Source of the DNA: Octopus bimaculoides
Lineage: Eukaryota
Reading direction: 5' to 3'
NCBI RefSeq assembly: GCF_001194135.2
Contig: NC_068983.1
Coordinates: 79,383,501-79,447,500, forward strand
Length of the DNA: 64,000 bases
The notes under the pieces are model-generated. The model saw only the letters and a list, made by a program, of their open reading frames with translations. It was not told the origin of the DNA and did not search any database. The position numbers were made by a program, and so were the translations under genes. Below, piece by piece: positions 41,400-54,564 of the stretch. The first letter of the stretch is position 1. Each line of letters begins with the position of its first letter.

Positions 41400-41990
41400 G
41401 GGGATTCTACAGGGTTATCGTAGTGGGGAGGAATAAGTAACCGCATTCTTTTAGGATCTGGGAAAGTGTTGAGACAAAGTAGAGCGGATGAGATGAAAAA
41501 AGACAAATGCATCATGTGAGTTTGAGCAGATAAATGCAGATTGCTAGCTTTTGGAGATGTAGGACATTATAGAACTCAAAGAAAAATCTAAGAGAAGAAA
41601 CCAGTCAATCCTGGTTGAATATATCTTTGACCAAAGGCATCTCAGAAGTGGTCATTTTGTCTTTTGTTCAGAAATGGTTTAGGACAACTACATTTGACAT
41701 TTTATCATTGCTTTTTTAAGTAGTAGTTTATGATTTAGGCTTGATTTGGCTGCTACTTCTTGCAGATTGAGAAACTTCATAGAGGCTTTAGTGGTTACAG
41801 TATGTTGTCTGAATGAATCATTGCCATTCAGCCAAATGACTTTCTTTTGGATGTCATCTAAGTCATGAGATTTGTGTGTATTGAAGTAGTGCCATCTCAC
41901 ATGTGAGCTACAATTCAAGGTTAGTTGCACTTGAATTTTGTAGAGAGTCAGCAACTGGTCAGGGCTGGAATATATTCTGGCTTTAAAAGA
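41400..41990 (-). pseudogene. LINE ORF2 C-terminal fragment (CR1/Jockey-like)
   Basis: LTLYKIQVQLTLNCSSHVRW....HDLDDIQKKVIWL (cf. LTLYKAQIRP.LEYCSHVWGG..LDRIQKKAIRL). Confidence 0.75.
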
Positions 41991-42194
41991 AAACTCTGTG
42001 TATTTAGTTAGCTATTGCAACAATATTTTATATGTGAAATGTATTCCCTAGCATTTGTTATGACTTAGAATTACTGTTTAGCTTCAGGTTATTTCTGATC
42101 AACCATTCTCATCATGAACAGATTATTTTCAGATGTGGCATATCTGGGACTACATTATCCAATATGTCTCTTCTTTTCTTAAAGACATTAGAGT

Positions 42195-42245
<51 letters not shown>

Positions 42246-43139
42246 TGTTTCTAGCAAGTCATGTTATTATATAAGGGTTACCTTGTTAGCTTTGCATTGT
42301 ATATTGTTGATGTATAATTAATGTTGTTTCTTATTTCTTTGATATAAGTAGGTAATGTGTCCTTGTGTTGGGAAAGGAAACAAATCCTCCAAATATCTAT
42401 GAGAGAACATTCTTTATGAAATTACTGAAGTGTTTTTTTTTTTCGAAGCTACTATAAAAAATATGTCTATAGATTTTTAGTGAACCTTGTATGCATAAAC
42501 AGATGTAAGTACCCTGCTTGTGTGTGTTTGTGTCTGTCAAATTCATACATATATCCTGTAGTACATTAAAGCATTTTTCCTCTGCAAAATAGGGATAATG
42601 GTGGCCCATTGGAGAAATGGGCCCCATGAGGTAGAGTGACTGCTGCAGTGAGTGTCACTGGCCACTCTTTACAGCAACACCATTACAGTCATTACTGCGA
42701 GGCACTGCCAAGCGCCCCACTTGTTCTAGGATGTTTGGCCCAACACCCCTTATTCCTTCAACTCCTGCTGCTTTTACTCCCCCACTCCTCACTTGTTTTT
42801 CCCTTTTGTCTTATTTCCTGTTTCTTTGTATTCAAATGTTCTTGTAGCATGACACAAAAATAATATTGTGTATAGAACCAAGATGTATGCATGTATTTCT
42901 ACATACAATCAAATTAAAAATCTATAAATATATTGTCATATGGTATAACATACTTTTTAAGTCATTTTTCATAAAGGCAGGACAGATAGGTCTGACATGA
43001 GGTGTCTAAGTGTAGTTAACACATGCATGAAGAACAGAAAGAAATGAGATGGATAGGAATGCATTTAATTAGGAGTAACTGTGAGTTGGTCATTAATGTT
43101 TAGAGAGAAAAGTATAGGAGAGATAATGAAATTTTATGG

Positions 43140-43740
43140 TACATCAGAATCGATAAAATGTTAGTCAGAGAGAGCTATTTGACACAAGCAGGATGGGAAG
43201 AGTTTGACAGGGAGATTTTGATCCAAGAAACGAGAGATGATGGAGACCATGAAGTGAAGAATTTGGTTGAGGGGTTCTCACTGTCACAGTTGAAATCTTT
43301 GCTGATGTCAAGGCTAACAATATTTCTTTAGCCAAAGTTCTGTAGAGTGAGAGAGCATTGATGTGTGGTGGGGATGTAGAAAGACAGTAGCCCAGTAGAT
43401 ATGTTTCGAGGGAAACCATACTGGCGGTCACAAATAAATGGGAGAAACTGAAGTTAAGAGATAGTTTTAATGAATATCATCATATTTGAATTGCTGGAAG
43501 TTATTCGTAATAAGTTGTTAATTGCCAGAGTCAGACAGGTTGGTCTTTTCTAGGATTGGATTCACTGTGGGGTGTTTCCAAAGACTGGCATAGATCTGGG
43601 TAGAGGAAGAATCATGGAAGAGTTAAACAATTTTAGTAGTTGGCTGTGAAGTGTGAAAGCATTGCGTTAGCAAGCTGAAACAATTTTCTTTCTGAGAGTT
43701 TACCTTGCAGGCTGGTTTTAATATTCAACATTAAAGAAGG
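43140..43740 (-). pseudogene. LINE RT N-terminal fragment (CR1/Jockey-like)
   Basis: The minus strand gives LSDSGN*QLI (cf. RSDPSNYRPI), ICDRQYGFPRNISTG (cf. SDRQYGFR..RSTGD) and LALDISK.F across a frameshift. Confidence 0.75.
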
Positions 43741-44679
43741 AAGTTTTATGATAAATTTCTATTGAAACATGATGGAGTGTTTAGAAACTAAATAAGTCCA
43801 GTCTCATAAAATACATTTTTGAAAAACTTAAATGAAAAGAAACTACTAATCATTTAAATTGTATGTACATATTTTTAAATATCCTGACTCCAGTAGCACA
43901 TCTCCCATAATTATAGATCTGTAGAGAAATGCAGGTAGTTTTATGTATCAAAAGTTTGAGAAGGGAACTATCAACATTGATTTACAATGTTTATTGGTTT
44001 CTATAAAAATGCCATTAAAATAATAGCATATTCCAAAGTGTATACTTAAATTGTGGCAGTGTACAGAGAGGTCTAGTAAAGTTAATTGCATGAATTTAAA
44101 TAAGTTATTGGTTCATCTTAAGACTAAATGTAATAGCAAACTGTTCATTATGAAAGCAAACTTAGGCTAAATTACCCCCACACTCCTGATGACTATTCAA
44201 GCTGTGTCATCTGTTTACTTCATCTTTCTATCTATATGCATAATGTATTTACTTAGTTCTTAACTTACTTATTATTATGTATGTTTAGAACTTCTTCCAT
44301 GCTATGAAAATCAAGAGAAGAAAAGCAAATTTTGTCAGATCATAATTTTACATTCATTACAAGCAGTATATGTTTAAAACTAGAACAAGATCATGAAAGT
44401 TAAGATAACAGTTGAATATTATTGTTTTACTGATAAACATTAAAGAAATACAGCAAAATCCATTTGTTTCTTTTTTTCTTTTTTTATAGCAAATTGAAGT
44501 GAGGCAAAATTTTGTATTTCAGACTTGTAACTATTATGTGAAACAGTGTGTTGTTAGAAATAGTTTTAACTCGAGTTTAAGCAACTGCTACAACCCCACA
44601 TTAAACATGAAAAAATTGGCCTTCGTAAAATTAAGACAATCTCAAGGAGAAGAGCAGTGATGAAAATAACAATATTGCT

Positions 44680-45885
44680 TTTTAATACTGACATGAGGCC
44701 ACATATTTTTTGTAGGGGGAAAATACTCATTGATTAGAAAACAGTAACTGAAGAGTACACTGTTTTATTGATCCTGGAAGTAAAAAAGTAAAATTGACAG
44801 GAGGATTTGAACTCAAACAAAGGATATAACTAAATATGAAAAGGTATTCTTTGTTATTCCCTGACAATTTTATCCCTTTTATTCTTCTCCATAGAAAGGA
44901 ATGATAATGATTAAAGAATGACTTTACATACTAACTATTTGTTTACACATACAGAAAGGGATGAGCTTCTAGTTTACTGGATCTATAACCATTTTATAAT
45001 ACTTGATGAGAAATGAGATCAGGGTAAATCATAGATGGAGTGTTGTTGATCCTAGTTTTGCTTGATCAAACTTGGCTGGAGTTAAACAACTGAAACATCA
45101 TCATCATCATTTAACGTCTGTTTTCCATGCTGGCATGGGTTAGATGGTTTGACTGGAGATAGTAAACTGGAAAGCTACATCAGGCTCCAGTCTGTTTTGG
45201 ATGATTTTTATGGTTGGAGCATGGGTGCCTCTTGCATGTCACTGGCACAGGTACCTTTTATGTATCACTAGCACAAATGTCTTTTATGTGTGGCTGGCAC
45301 TGGCCACAAAACCATTTTCTATAATTACACTAATTAACTTTTACCCAGGATTTTGTTATTTCATTATCTTAAACATCCAATTGTTGCAATTCTGCTCCGA
45401 ATTATTGCTTGCTGTAATACTGTCATCGTCTAATAATGGAAAGTTGTTTCTATAGTTTAACCCTAGACAAACTTGATCAAGCAAAACTAGGATCAACAAC
45501 ATTTCATCTCTTATTTCCCTTCTGACATTAAAAAATAGTTATAGATTCGGTTAGTCAGAAGCTTAACTCCTTCTGTATAGCACTTGTTTGTGTTTTTAGA
45601 TATAGTATAAGAGAGGAGTAGACCAAAAAAGTCTATATGTAAATCACTCTTTATAATTATCATTATTGTTATAGAGAACAGTGAAAGGGATAAAATTGGC
45701 AGAGAAGTGGAAAGAACACTTTTGATATTTAGTTATATCCTATATTTCGGTTCAAATTTTGCCATGATTAACTTATCTTTTAGCTTTTCCGGATAAGTAA
45801 TATAGCATACTCTTCAATTAATGGGAGTTGTCTAATCAATAGCATTTCTCTCAGCCCAAATATGTAGCCTTGTGTCAGTATTAAA
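44680..45885. repeat. Local inverted duplication, arms ~44680-45090 and ~45455-45885
   Basis: Shared in inverted orientation: tgttgttgatcctagttttgcttgatcaa (exact), atctataac.att, caattttatccc, atatttagttatatcct, tctaatcaat and gtcagtattaaaa. Confidence 0.85.
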
Positions 45886-48479
45886 AAATCATTTTATTAA
45901 CTTTAGGTTTCGTTGGAACTCCTGGACTCTTGCATATGTAGTGAACCTGCTACCTGCAGCCTATGGTACCATGCTGTTTATTTTTTCAACTATCTAATAC
46001 TTTACTGGTGATTCTGGACATGCCAAGGAGGGAAGCCTTTTGTAACACAATTCTACTGGGCACTCTGTTCCCATTTCCTTTATATTCTTCTTGATGGCTT
46101 CTGATACTGTCCCCTGAGGAGCCAACAATGATTGACACTATTATTATCATTATTATTTAAGGTAGTGAGCTGGTAGAATCATTAGCACACCTAGCAAAAT
46201 ACTTTGTGGCATTTCATCCATCACTATGTTCTGAGTTCAAATCCCACCAAGGCTGACTTTGTCTTTCATCCATCTGGGGTCGATAAAATAAGTACCAGTT
46301 GAGAACTGAGAGCAATGTAATCATCTTATCCCCTCCCCAGCTGGCCTTATGACAAAATGTGAAACTATTATTATTATTATTATTATTATTATCATTATTA
46401 TTATTATTATAGTTGCTTTTCTCTTACAGATAATCTGAATTTTTTTAATGTTAATTTTTCTGTGTTTAAAGTTGAGTTGTTCCAGTTGCTTTTTAAACTC
46501 GAAATAATACTATTTCTACCAACTCAATGTTTCATTATTTCTGTCTCCTATTTGATAATATCGTGGATAATCATTATCGTTAATGATTTAATGATTGAAG
46601 TCTTAGCAGATATCTAAAATTCTTTTGTAGTTGTTACTGTTGTTTTGCCAACAGGTCATTCTTGATTCTATGTTGAAAGGCAATCCAACCGTGACTAATC
46701 CAATTCTTTTTTTTTTATATATATATCAGGAACTATATTGTCTAATGTATCCTTCTTTATTGAAAATGGCAGAGTGCAATTTGAGGAGGTTTGGCTGCTA
46801 TTTTTAACAAGTTAAGTGACCATATGGAGACTCCCTTGCTGGTTCAACAAATACTTCTGCATTTGTCTAAGCTACTAAATGCATCTTAAAATATTGAATA
46901 TAATTGTAACATTAAAAGATGATTTAAATTTTAAATTAGATTACAAATAAAAAAAAACAAAAGAAATACATATTCTAATCATATCTTTTCAAACTCAAAC
47001 AATGATGTAATTACAATTAGTCATATACAATTATGTTGTTTGAAAAACAATTTTAAAGCATTCAGCTGCTTCTAAATTAGACATTACATAATGTAATGAT
47101 ATTTATTAAACATTACTCAATGTAATAATATTGAACTTTCTCAATTCATCTGTTGTCAGTATTATTAAAAATAAATAGCTGTAGGTGATGGAGTAGCAGA
47201 ATAGTTAAAACGGTGGGAGAAATTGCCCAATAATATTTGGCATTGTTCCTCTATATTTTGGTTTTTAATCCTGTCAGGGTCTACTTAGCCTTGCAGGTAT
47301 GAGCACAGGAGACTTTAAAAGAAAGAAAATGAATAGGATTGTTTGTCTGGTAAGGTCAATTCAATCAACTGTGAACTTCCCCCTACAAAACCAAAGCATT
47401 ATATTAATGTAAGAAACCATTATTAAATCATAAATAGCTGAATGTTATACTCTTCTGACACACATATTATTAGGGGGAAAAAATCACTTTTCAGTTTGCT
47501 GATTTAATAAAACTGTTTGATGATGATGATGGTCTATATTTTGTGAGAAAAAATGATCCAAAAGAAATGAAAAAAAAAAAATGCAGTTTATTTTTGTAAT
47601 TTAGTTTGTTATCTCTTTCATCTCATTACCTAGATTCTTCATCTGTTTTGTTTATTTAACTACATTTTCAACAATTCTAGGGAGAATTGGATGTTTCTGA
47701 TAGACTGCAAGGTAAAATGAGTTAACAAAATGTAATTTTCATTCCTTGGTGCGTAACTAGAAATCAAGTATATGTCTTCATTTATAATAGATAATACTTT
47801 TATCATTCTCATATAACTATAATTCTTAAAGTTTCTCATTTAAATTTTAATTGGCATTGCTGGAGATGATTAGTGCTTTTCCTTGTAATTTTCTTTATTC
47901 TTTCTTTGTACGGTTGTGGGAAAATATACTAATTGTCTAGACTCTGAGATGAAAGTAGTTTTCAAAGGAACCAAGTATTTAGCTCTTTAAAGAAAAATTT
48001 AATGTTAATTTCGCTGTCTTTTTAACTTACTGCATAAATCTTACAATTCTGTTTTCTCTAAGGAATTTCAGTGTCATTTGAACAAAATTAATTGAACAAA
48101 ATTATGCATTTGTACTTATCTAAAGATGTATGGTCAATAATGATATATTTGTGAAACCCTAAAAGATTAAACTATCAGTTTCAGTTTATTTTAGTTGTTC
48201 AAATAAAACTGTTTGGAATGTAATGAAATTAGAGCAATACTGCAATCATTGAATTTAGTTCAATACTTGTTAAATAGTGAAATGTTATAAATTGCGAGGT
48301 ATTTCACACTCAACTGTATTATAACATCTTAAATTAACATTCTCCAACACCTGCTGCAGCCCGTTGACATCTGAAATATGTATAAGTGGGCTGAACAATG
48401 CAGTTACTTATATTGAAAATGGTTAATGAGGGAGCCTCTACAACCTTCTAGAAATAGCAACCAAAGTTAGCTGCAAGTC

Positions 48480-49050
48480 TGAAGTCCTAAAATGCCTTGA
48501 ACAAGCGGGTGCAGTTGTGGATTCATTGAACAAGGGTATTTAGCACTGCCAATATATGTGCAGGAGGACAATGGTTCAGGTCTTTGGGTCTCTGATCCTC
48601 CCTGTCCTGCTCCATAGTCATGTGACTTGGACACTGTTTGGGGCCCTTAGGAGCTGCCTGAATTCTTTTGATACCATGACATTTCACAGGATTACAGGTT
48701 ACCATTTGGTTGGATTTATCCAACTAATGACTCTACTCAGAAACTGGGATGCATTTCATTATTTGTATTATTCAGGAGCATCAGCTGACACTGTTTAGCC
48801 ATGCTGCTCAATTTTCTGAGTTAGATCCTACTCACTGTATTTTCTTCACTGAGGATCCAGCTGGGTTAACAGCTCATATTGGTTGACCAGATGCCACATA
48901 GCTATGCCAGATGAAGAGATATCTTGCAGAGAGTGGGACTGACTGGCACTCTATTTGATGGGTTACTCAAGAGGACCCAGGAATATATTGACAAATGATG
49001 AAATGGAAAATGACATGATAAATGCAGCAATGTGCTGCAATGGCACATTA
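48480..49050 (+). pseudogene. RTE-clade LINE ORF 3' fragment
   Basis: CRRTMVQVFGSLILPVLLHSHVTWTL..LRSCLNSFDTMTFHRITGYH.. (cf. RTE KVQVFRSLVLPVLLYGCETWTL...RRIMGYRW), followed by LFSHAAQ..ELDPTH.IFFTEDPAG. Confidence 0.85.
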
Positions 49051-52000
49051 TTCCACACCTGATCTGATGCCTTGTTATCTGAAATATCGATGGGAAAGCT
49101 GAACAATGTTCTCACTTATATCCAAAAAAGTTTGATGTTTATGGCTTGGACACATTTGGTCTTAGGACTGATCGATCAGGGTTGACTTGAGGATAAAGAA
49201 CAACAGTAACTGTTAAGTACCCTGTATGTCGGTGAATAATCTGTTAACATTGTTGTGAAATAACACGGGTCTATCCACACTTAGGATTCCAGTTTTAGCT
49301 ATTTTTGCAATTTATTTTACAAGTCAAGAATCAAAATGCTATAGAAAAGAAGAAGTTTTGGCTGCTTTATTATCCAATCTTTAGTGTTTGTTTATATTCA
49401 TTTTGGCACTGTCAATTATTTGCACTTTTTTTTATGATTATCTGAACACTATTAACATAATTCATATCAAATATATTCCAGTAAAGATTGAAGGCTATTT
49501 TTTTTATTAAATATATTTTTTGCATCAGGGTTCTAAAGTGGTAATATAAACAGAATTAAAATGCTTAGGATAGTACATTCTCATGATACAAACCAATATC
49601 AAACAAATTGGAAGCCAGCACCAGCTTATCTTTCTGTTTATGCATTTCTGTTTTATTAGTTTTGAACAATTTTCTTTCCTATCAAATTTATGATCCATTT
49701 GATGTTTATGACTTTATGATTAATTTCATTTGGAGGGAAAGTATTTTGAAATATTTATTACTGTCTGGTCTTTATGAGTGTTTCATCATTCATTCGGAAA
49801 AGTCTTCTCAGATTAGAGTAGGTTTGAGTTAGATATGCAGGTTAGATATGCTGTGGAATGGTTGTGGTCAAAGATGTCAATAAGTAGGTCATTATTATAA
49901 AGTATGTAAGAGCTGTGACTGAGACGCAAGACATTGATATTGAATTAAGCTGGCAATGGCCCTATCAAGCTATGTTTCAGTGAATCCTGATATGAGAAAG
50001 CTTTTGATTTTTAGAATTAGTGATGGATAGAGGACATAAACAGGCAGCTTCACCGAGGGATTTCTTTGGCAAAAGTTTGCTTTATGTAGCACTCCTGGGG
50101 TTTGGGACTGCATATAAAAAGGTGTAGAGGCCTTATGTGGCTGTTTTAAAGTTAAAAAGCATAAACAGAGGAAAAACAATGTTTTTGATGTCTTTTAGAA
50201 GAAACTTTCAAGTGATGGATGTAGAAATAGTAGATGAGTAGAAACTTTCTTGTGAATGTGACATACAGTTAGTTTGTAAAGTCATTACATTTCTTCACTG
50301 AATAAAATATGGTTAACATTAGTTTACATAAAATTCTCTCATTGATTTCTTGTTTTTACTGATATATTATTCTTTTTTTTTCTCTTAGTCATTGTTATAG
50401 GCCTGTTCTTAAGAGCTTATCTGATAAATAATCCTCTAAAACAGAAATGGGTTTGTATCTCCATCTAAAATGTACAATGTGAAAACTTAAGACATATCAC
50501 ACTTATTTAAAAGCTAATGAATTGAAAGCAGATTTGGTTGTTAATTTCATTTAAAAATATGGTGTGCTTTTAATAATTGCAAACTATAATCATTTTAACT
50601 GTGCATTTACATATTATTTGAATGATTTTTGTTTTACCATGATCAAAACCATGTCCTAGTATATCAAAACATGTGGTAAAATGTTCTCTTGTTTAATGGT
50701 TTAGTTCTTTCTTTAATAGTGTGAGAATGCAAGAACTACATGCAGACAGAAGCACTTTTAAATTTTACAAGAACAAACTACTAATTGCCACAATAACCAC
50801 TACCTACATAAATATAAATAAATTAACAACACATCTAGAGAAGCAGTGGTCACATAAACGAAGGAGACTTTATGTAGCCACTCGATCTGCTAGAAATAGC
50901 AGCTAAATTTCCATGAAACCACACCCTACTGTTTATAAAAGAAAAGATACATTGGCTAAAATGTAGTTTAAATAAATGACATGATGGACACAGTTGGAAC
51001 ACTTTTGGTCCTGGATTTGCTTCTCCAGTGCCAGCTTGGGACTCAGCATCAACAACATGAGAAGCAGTCATTCACAAACGTCTCCATATCCTAAGATATT
51101 GAGATGAGTTGGCTGGGGCTACCTGCCTATGGATCAGGAGTTCAAACCTATTGTATGCAATTTTGTATTTAAATTTTAGGATAGAACATTTTACAGTACA
51201 TTCTGTTCACCTCCCTGCTGAAAATAGGTACTACCTCATCTACGAATAGATTCATATCTTTCCTAGAAAGATTTATCTGTCATCTGCTTTTTCATTCTAA
51301 AATGGAAAACTAAGTACTGATCCTGAAAAAAAAAATGTTGATGTGTCAATAATTACACCATACACACAACAGTAATTAATTATCCTCATCGTCATCATCA
51401 TTGTTTTAATGTCTACTTTCCAATTGCATCTGTTAGAGTTCTTAGCAGCAGATTTTTCTATGGTTAGATGGCCTTCCTATCACCAATCGATACCTATTTC
51501 CTAGCAAAATATTTCCGTGGCCAAATCTGGCTTTTCAGAATACTGGAAATAAATGACATTCATATACAACAACTATGTGGTGTCAGGGCAAGGAGACACG
51601 TATATATACACACATTATATATCATGTATATATGCACACATTATATACCAGCATGGAAAACAGATGCTAAATTATGATATATATTATGTATGACAAGCTT
51701 CTTTCAGTTTACATATACTAAATCCACTTGCAAAGCTTTGGTTGATTTGGTTGACTCAGGGTCTTTAGAAGACATTAGCTCATGATGCCATGCAGTGAGA
51801 CTGAACCCAAAACCATTTGGTTGGAAGCAAATTCCTTAACCACACATCTACAATAATATCTTGAAAACAGAATTGGAACTTTTTGAAGTTTCTTGTATTT
51901 TAATCTCATAAACAAATATATTTACTATATTTGCTCATGTATAATTTGAGAAATTTAATAGAAAACTTTAGGGTCAAAATTGCAAGGCAACATTAAACTC

Positions 52001-52478
52001 GAGTGTAAAAAATAATAAGAAATTGGGTTAAAATATATTAGTGGTTTTTATGTACAAAGTGTAAAAGGTTATTTTATATTGAAGATTGCTTTGCATTAGA
52101 ATAAATATAGTATGTTATTATTTCTACTGTGCCCTGTTATTGCATAGTAAGTCAAGCATAGAAGCAGAACATGGAGAGAGCAGAATGAAGGAATACTAAG
52201 GCGATTACTGAGAGAAAATTATTAAATAAATACTATAATGATTTTTATCTTTTACTTGTTTTACTCATTGAACAGCAGCCATACTGAGGTACTGCCTTGA
52301 AAGGTTTGTTTAAATAAAATGACCATAGTACTTATATCTTTTTGAAGTCAGGTACTTACTCTGTCAGTCTCTTTTGTGAACTGCTAAGTTACAAGGACAT
52401 AAACAACCCAACACCAGTGTCAAGAGAGGGTGGGTGACAAACAGGAACATACACATGTATGCATGTGTGTGTATATAT

Positions 52479-52578
52479 NNNNNNNNNNNNNNNNNNNNNN
52501 NNNNNNNNNNNNNNNNNNNNNNNNNNNNNNNNNNNNNNNNNNNNNNNNNNNNNNNNNNNNNNNNNNNNNNNNNNNNNN
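52479..52578. other. Assembly gap (100 N); other gaps at 3647-3656, 33379-33444 and 39603-39612
   Basis: Runs of n, three of which abut microsatellites. Confidence 0.99.
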
Positions 52579-52584
52579 TATATA

Positions 52585-52695
52585 TTAGGTTGAGGAAAAA
52601 TTTATGTGTCGTGTTAAAATAATGCTTATTTTTATATAATTTTTTGGTGTGTATGTTCATTTTAACACAGCGCACAAACTCTTTCCTCAACCTAG
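52585..52695. mobile_element. 111-bp mariner-type MITE with ~36-bp TIRs and TA target duplication, nested in a SINE (52240-52850, minus strand)
   Basis: TA|ttaggttgaggaaaaatttatgtgtcgtgttaaaat ... attttaacacagcgcacaaactctttcctcaacctag|TA. Confidence 0.85.
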
Positions 52696-53960
52696 TATAT
52701 ATATAAAATGGGCTTCCACACAGTCTCTATCTACCACATTCACTGGTTGGCTCAGGACTATAGTAGAAAACACTTGCCTCAAGAGCTGCATAGTGGGGTT
52801 AGACTGGAATCACATGGCTGCAAAGTCATGTTGTCTTTATAATTCCATCCAGTAACATGAAATGGCCTATATGGTAATCAGATTGTAATGTTTCTTTACT
52901 TTTAATTATCACCTTTTTGTGGGAATCGTTTTGGTTAGATATCTGATTGTCACTAGGGGTTTTATTCTGTATGTGAATGTTGTCTCAATCTGGGACTAGG
53001 TATGCATTCAAGAATATTCCAAAGATTATGCGCATGTCATCTTCATCATCATAATTGATGTCATCATTTTATGTGTACTTACTTCCTATACTGGCACAGG
53101 TTGTATAAGTCCTTACAGTCTGAGTCATGTTGCATCCATGGTCTGATGTTCTGAAGTTGGATGTCTCTTCTATCACCAGCCACTTTATAAAGTGTACCGG
53201 GTGCATTTTTTTCTTGGCACTAACACAACAAAGTTTGAGTAGGTCTCTGTGACATGGGACTTAAGTGATTTCACAATCTTATGCATTCACTTTACAGTGG
53301 TCAACAAATGAACCATCAAGAAATAAGACACCTGATAATATTTAGAGATTAGATCCCTTAAGTATTGCATTGAGGTAAATACTGTAAATATGTACTGTGG
53401 TAAGGAAGTTTATAAACTGAAAATTTGCAGTCTTGATAACAACACATCAAATATATGCAATGGCTTTGTTTAGCTTCATGCTGATGCTGATTGAGTAGAA
53501 CTTTGAGCAAAAGTATTCCAGACATGACTATCCCACCTATTTTATAAACATAATGTATCCTGGAGTATGTTGTATGTTCCTTTGTAAGACAGAAGTAGTT
53601 TGAGTAACATTTGGTTGCTACCTCTAGCAGACCAAACAACAACATAGAAGCTCACCTCATTAACTCATTAGGCATTTAATCAGTGTCTAAGAAGATAAGT
53701 ACAGTGATTTCTTTCAAATACTAACAGGATAGTCTCTTCTATTTAATTTCAAAATTGAAACCATTCTCTAGTCTATATTCCATATTCTGAAAAGTATCAG
53801 AGACTTACTACAGAATCTTCTTTGTAATACCAAAAATAATTCTAGTTATGAAATAAGTTTCAATGCATATGAAAATAATGAGAAATACATTAAAAAAATA
53901 TTCTTATTCTATCTATTTCTATCCTTAAAACTTCAAAATTGTTATTTATTTATTTATTTT

Positions 53961-53999
<39 letters not shown>

Positions 54000-54528
54000 C
54001 TTTTTTTTATGAAATAATAAGCAGAGATCTGAAAAGAAAACTATTTTTTGAGATTTATATAATATTTATTTCGGAAATGCTGAATGACACCTGAAATAAA
54101 ATGTATTTCCAGTGGGTTTATGTTTTTTATGCATTATATTATTATTAGCATCTTAGTTAGCAACACCTTTTTTGGTGAAATTCATTTTTGTTTGTAAAGA
54201 TGCACTATGATGAAAAAAATAAAACTTTAAAGTAATATATATCACTTCACTGATTTACGGCAGTGTCATAATTTAGATGAATGATCGTATCTGTGCAAAC
54301 TAGTAAGGTATGTGGACATTTTTTGTGTGCGCTTTCTTTCAGTGATCTCCAAAAAAAAATCTTTTGTAACTAGGTTTCGAAAGTAAAGCTTTCTTCTTTT
54401 ACACATTATGAATGTATTTCTCATTTGCTATCAATACAATGACAGTATAAGATGTTTTAACGAAAACTAATATGTTATTTGCATACTACTTTGTGCGTGC
54501 GTGTGTGTGTGTGTGAGTGTGTGCATGC

Positions 54529-54564
<36 letters not shown>

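Noticed and set aside
49900-50200. Possible further LINE RT fragment on the minus strand (PKKSLGEAACLCPLSITNS, cf. PKKGD....NYRPISIT)
   Set aside because: The similarity is too weak to support as a feature without a profile search.
54272-54308. Strong donor (taag|gtatgt) preceded by an AG acceptor
   Set aside because: All three frames contain stops, so at most it is a non-coding exon, and there is no other support.
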